From Methylovirgula sp. 4M-Z18 (GTDB lineage: Bacteria; Pseudomonadota; Alphaproteobacteria; Rhizobiales; Beijerinckiaceae): DNA of 64,000 bases. A program made the translations under genes and the position numbers. The DNA is taken from the NCBI RefSeq assembly GCF_037890675.1, contig NZ_CP149574.1, forward strand, positions 2,268,874 through 2,332,873. The letters are read 5' to 3'. The notes under the pieces were generated by a model. It had not been told where the DNA came from. It saw only the letters and a list, made by a program, of their open reading frames with translations, and made no database searches. Shown here piece by piece: positions 62,624-64,000 of the stretch; positions within the stretch are counted from its first letter, which is position 1; the number at the start of each line of letters is the position of its first letter.

Positions 62624-63430
62624 TCACCCCGCCATCCGCCGTAAAATCTCGGCTGTCGCACCGTCGGCCGGGAAGAAGGCTTCGAGGGCCAGTTCCGACA
62701 AGGTGATGTCGCGCGGCGTGCCGAAGATTGTCGTCGTCGAGATGAAGGACAAAAGCCCCGCCTCCGTCGCAAGGACCAGCGGCACGCAAACTTCGCCTTG
62801 ATCGGCCGTCTGAGCCATATGAATCGCGTTGAGCTGATTGGTTGCGGGATAGGCGCTGAGCTCCTGCAGCAGCCGCGTCAAAACCGCATCGTTGGTCACC
62901 GCAATCTGCCGGCGCAACCGCTCCAGAAGATGGCCGCGCCACTCGGCAAGATTGCCGATGCGCGGTGACAGGCCTTCGGGATGCAGGCTAAGGCGCAGCA
63001 CATTGACCGGCTCGTCGAGCAGCGCACGATTGCCGACCTGCGCCAGCAGAGGCGCCACCGCCGCGTTGGCGGCAAGCAATGTCCAATGCCGGTCGACCGC
63101 CAAGGCCGGATAGGGCTCGTGGCCTTTCAAGACGAGGTCGATCGCAGCTCGCGCGCCCGCCATGGCCGGATCCTGCAGCGCCCGCTCGGCATAGACCGGC
63201 GCATATCCGGCCGCGAGCAGCAGGGCATTGCGATCGCGCAGCGGCACATCGAGCCGTTCCGCGAGATGCAGCACCATCTCGCGGCTCGGAATAGCACGCC
63301 CGCTTTCGAGAAAGCTCAAGTGGCGCTGGGAGATCTCCGCCTCAAGCGCGAATTCCAACTGGCTCATGCGCCGACGGAGGCGCCAATTGCGCAGATGGGT
63401 GCCTGCCGCCGCATGTGCCACGTTCTTCAT
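62624..63430 (-). CDS. MmyB-like transcriptional regulator (XRE HTH plus C-terminal ligand-binding domain)
   Basis: N-terminal HTH LRRRMSQLEFALEAEISQRHLSFLESG followed by an MmyB-like C-terminal domain. Confidence 0.7.
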   Translation of the reverse strand: MKNVAHAAAGTHLRNWRLRRRMSQLEFALEAEISQRHLSFLESGRAIPSREMVLHLAERLDVPLRDRNALLLAAGYAPVYAERALQDPAMAGARAAIDLVLKGHEPYPALAVDRHWTLLAANAAVAPLLAQVGNRALLDEPVNVLRLSLHPEGLSPRIGNLAEWRGHLLERLRRQIAVTNDAVLTRLLQELSAYPATNQLNAIHMAQTADQGEVCVPLVLATEAGLLSFISTTTIFGTPRDITLSELALEAFFPADGATAEILRRMAG

Positions 63431-63449
63431 CCTATGCTCCTTAGGGCAT

Positions 63450-63827
63450 TCATGCGCCGGCGGGGACCTTGTCGAGGAAGCCCGTGACCGACTTGAGCCT
63501 GCCGTTTTCGATCACCGCGAAATCGGTGCCTTTGATCATATCCGCCTCGTGCTGCGGACCAAGCGTCCAGGAAAAGCGCACATGATCGCCATAGCCGTCG
63601 ACCCGCCCGTCGAGTGCGAAGCGAAAGCCCGGAAAGCGCGCATGCACGGCGCCGATCAACTCGCCGATCTGCTCGTGGCCCTCCACCGCCGCCATCGGAT
63701 CGATATAGCTTGCGCCCTCGGCCCAGCCGGCCTGCAGCAGCACCTTGCGGCGGTCCGCATCGGTTTCGTTCCAAACGGCGATATAGCGGTCGGCGATCTG
63801 CGTTACGTCTGTCATAATGGTCTCCAT
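63450..63827 (-). CDS. NTF2/SnoaL-like family protein
   Basis: 125 aa (IADRYIAVWNETDADRR...). The MmyB plus SnoaL pairing is common. Confidence 0.6.
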   Translation of the reverse strand: METIMTDVTQIADRYIAVWNETDADRRKVLLQAGWAEGASYIDPMAAVEGHEQIGELIGAVHARFPGFRFALDGRVDGYGDHVRFSWTLGPQHEADMIKGTDFAVIENGRLKSVTGFLDKVPAGA

Positions 63828-63942
63828 ATCTCGGGCTTCCGTTTGTGCCCGGTGAAGCCAAAATGCAGAGAGGCAGGCGTCGCCTCAATTACGTGGCAGG
63901 TAATATAAACGCTCCGCTATTGCCTAAAAAAATTGGCGCTCT

Positions 63943-64000
63943 TTACCCGATAGCGGCAGCATAATCCTCGGGCTTGAACCCGATCAGCAGACGGCCGTCT
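63943..64000 (-). CDS. C-terminal fragment of an unidentified protein (runs off the window end)
   Basis: Open frame ending ...DGRLLIGFKPEDYAAAIG* with stop at 63943-63945. Confidence 0.2.
   Translation of the reverse strand, partial: DGRLLIGFKPEDYAAAIG

Noticed and set aside
61738-62772. 344-aa minus-strand ORF overlapping the end of the Clp-RF gene
   Set aside because: Antisense frame with R/S/C-rich junk composition. The sense frame shows family motifs.

Overview
This is a high-GC (about 63-65%) alphaproteobacterial chromosomal segment, Rhizobiales-like, and mostly housekeeping. Identified genes: gatB, a chorismate-mutase-like ORF, gatA and gatC, ruvX, dprA, plsY, pyrC-pyrB, topA, rnr, rpmG, divK, dinB, clpS-clpA, dnaB, alr, a three-subunit molybdenum aldehyde oxidoreductase with a triheme cytochrome c, radA, cvpA-purF, glsA, der, a tyrB-like aminotransferase, tRNA-Ser(GCT) and tRNA-Gln(CTG). 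Six things stand out. (1) A 1,131-aa ORF (59203-62598) fuses a possible N-terminal membrane anchor and unknown domain to a ClpA-like double-AAA+ core with a degenerate D1 ring, and then to a complete RF2-like release-factor module in which the GGQ catalytic domain is deleted. I do not recognise this architecture; it is the best candidate for an undescribed ribosome-directed unfoldase. (2) A roughly 3.5-kb gene-poor tract of visibly lower GC abuts the 3' end of tRNA-Gln (about 27050-30600). It carries several consensus-like sigma70 promoters and intrinsic terminators, candidate sRNAs, a 59-aa hydrophobic peptide with a TATAAT promoter, and a convergent antisense terminator. (3) A 327-bp element with perfect 34-bp terminal inverted repeats and nested palindromes lies between the MBL hydrolase gene and ruvX (MITE-like). 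(4) A flotillin (SPFH) gene is paired with a small membrane J-domain protein. (5) divK is an orphan, without pleD, next to DUF3572 and a zinc-ribbon-extended dinB. (6) Lysine-rich KKAAKK tails occur on a histone-like protein, TopA and RNase R. No CRISPR arrays, rRNA, integrases or transposases were seen.
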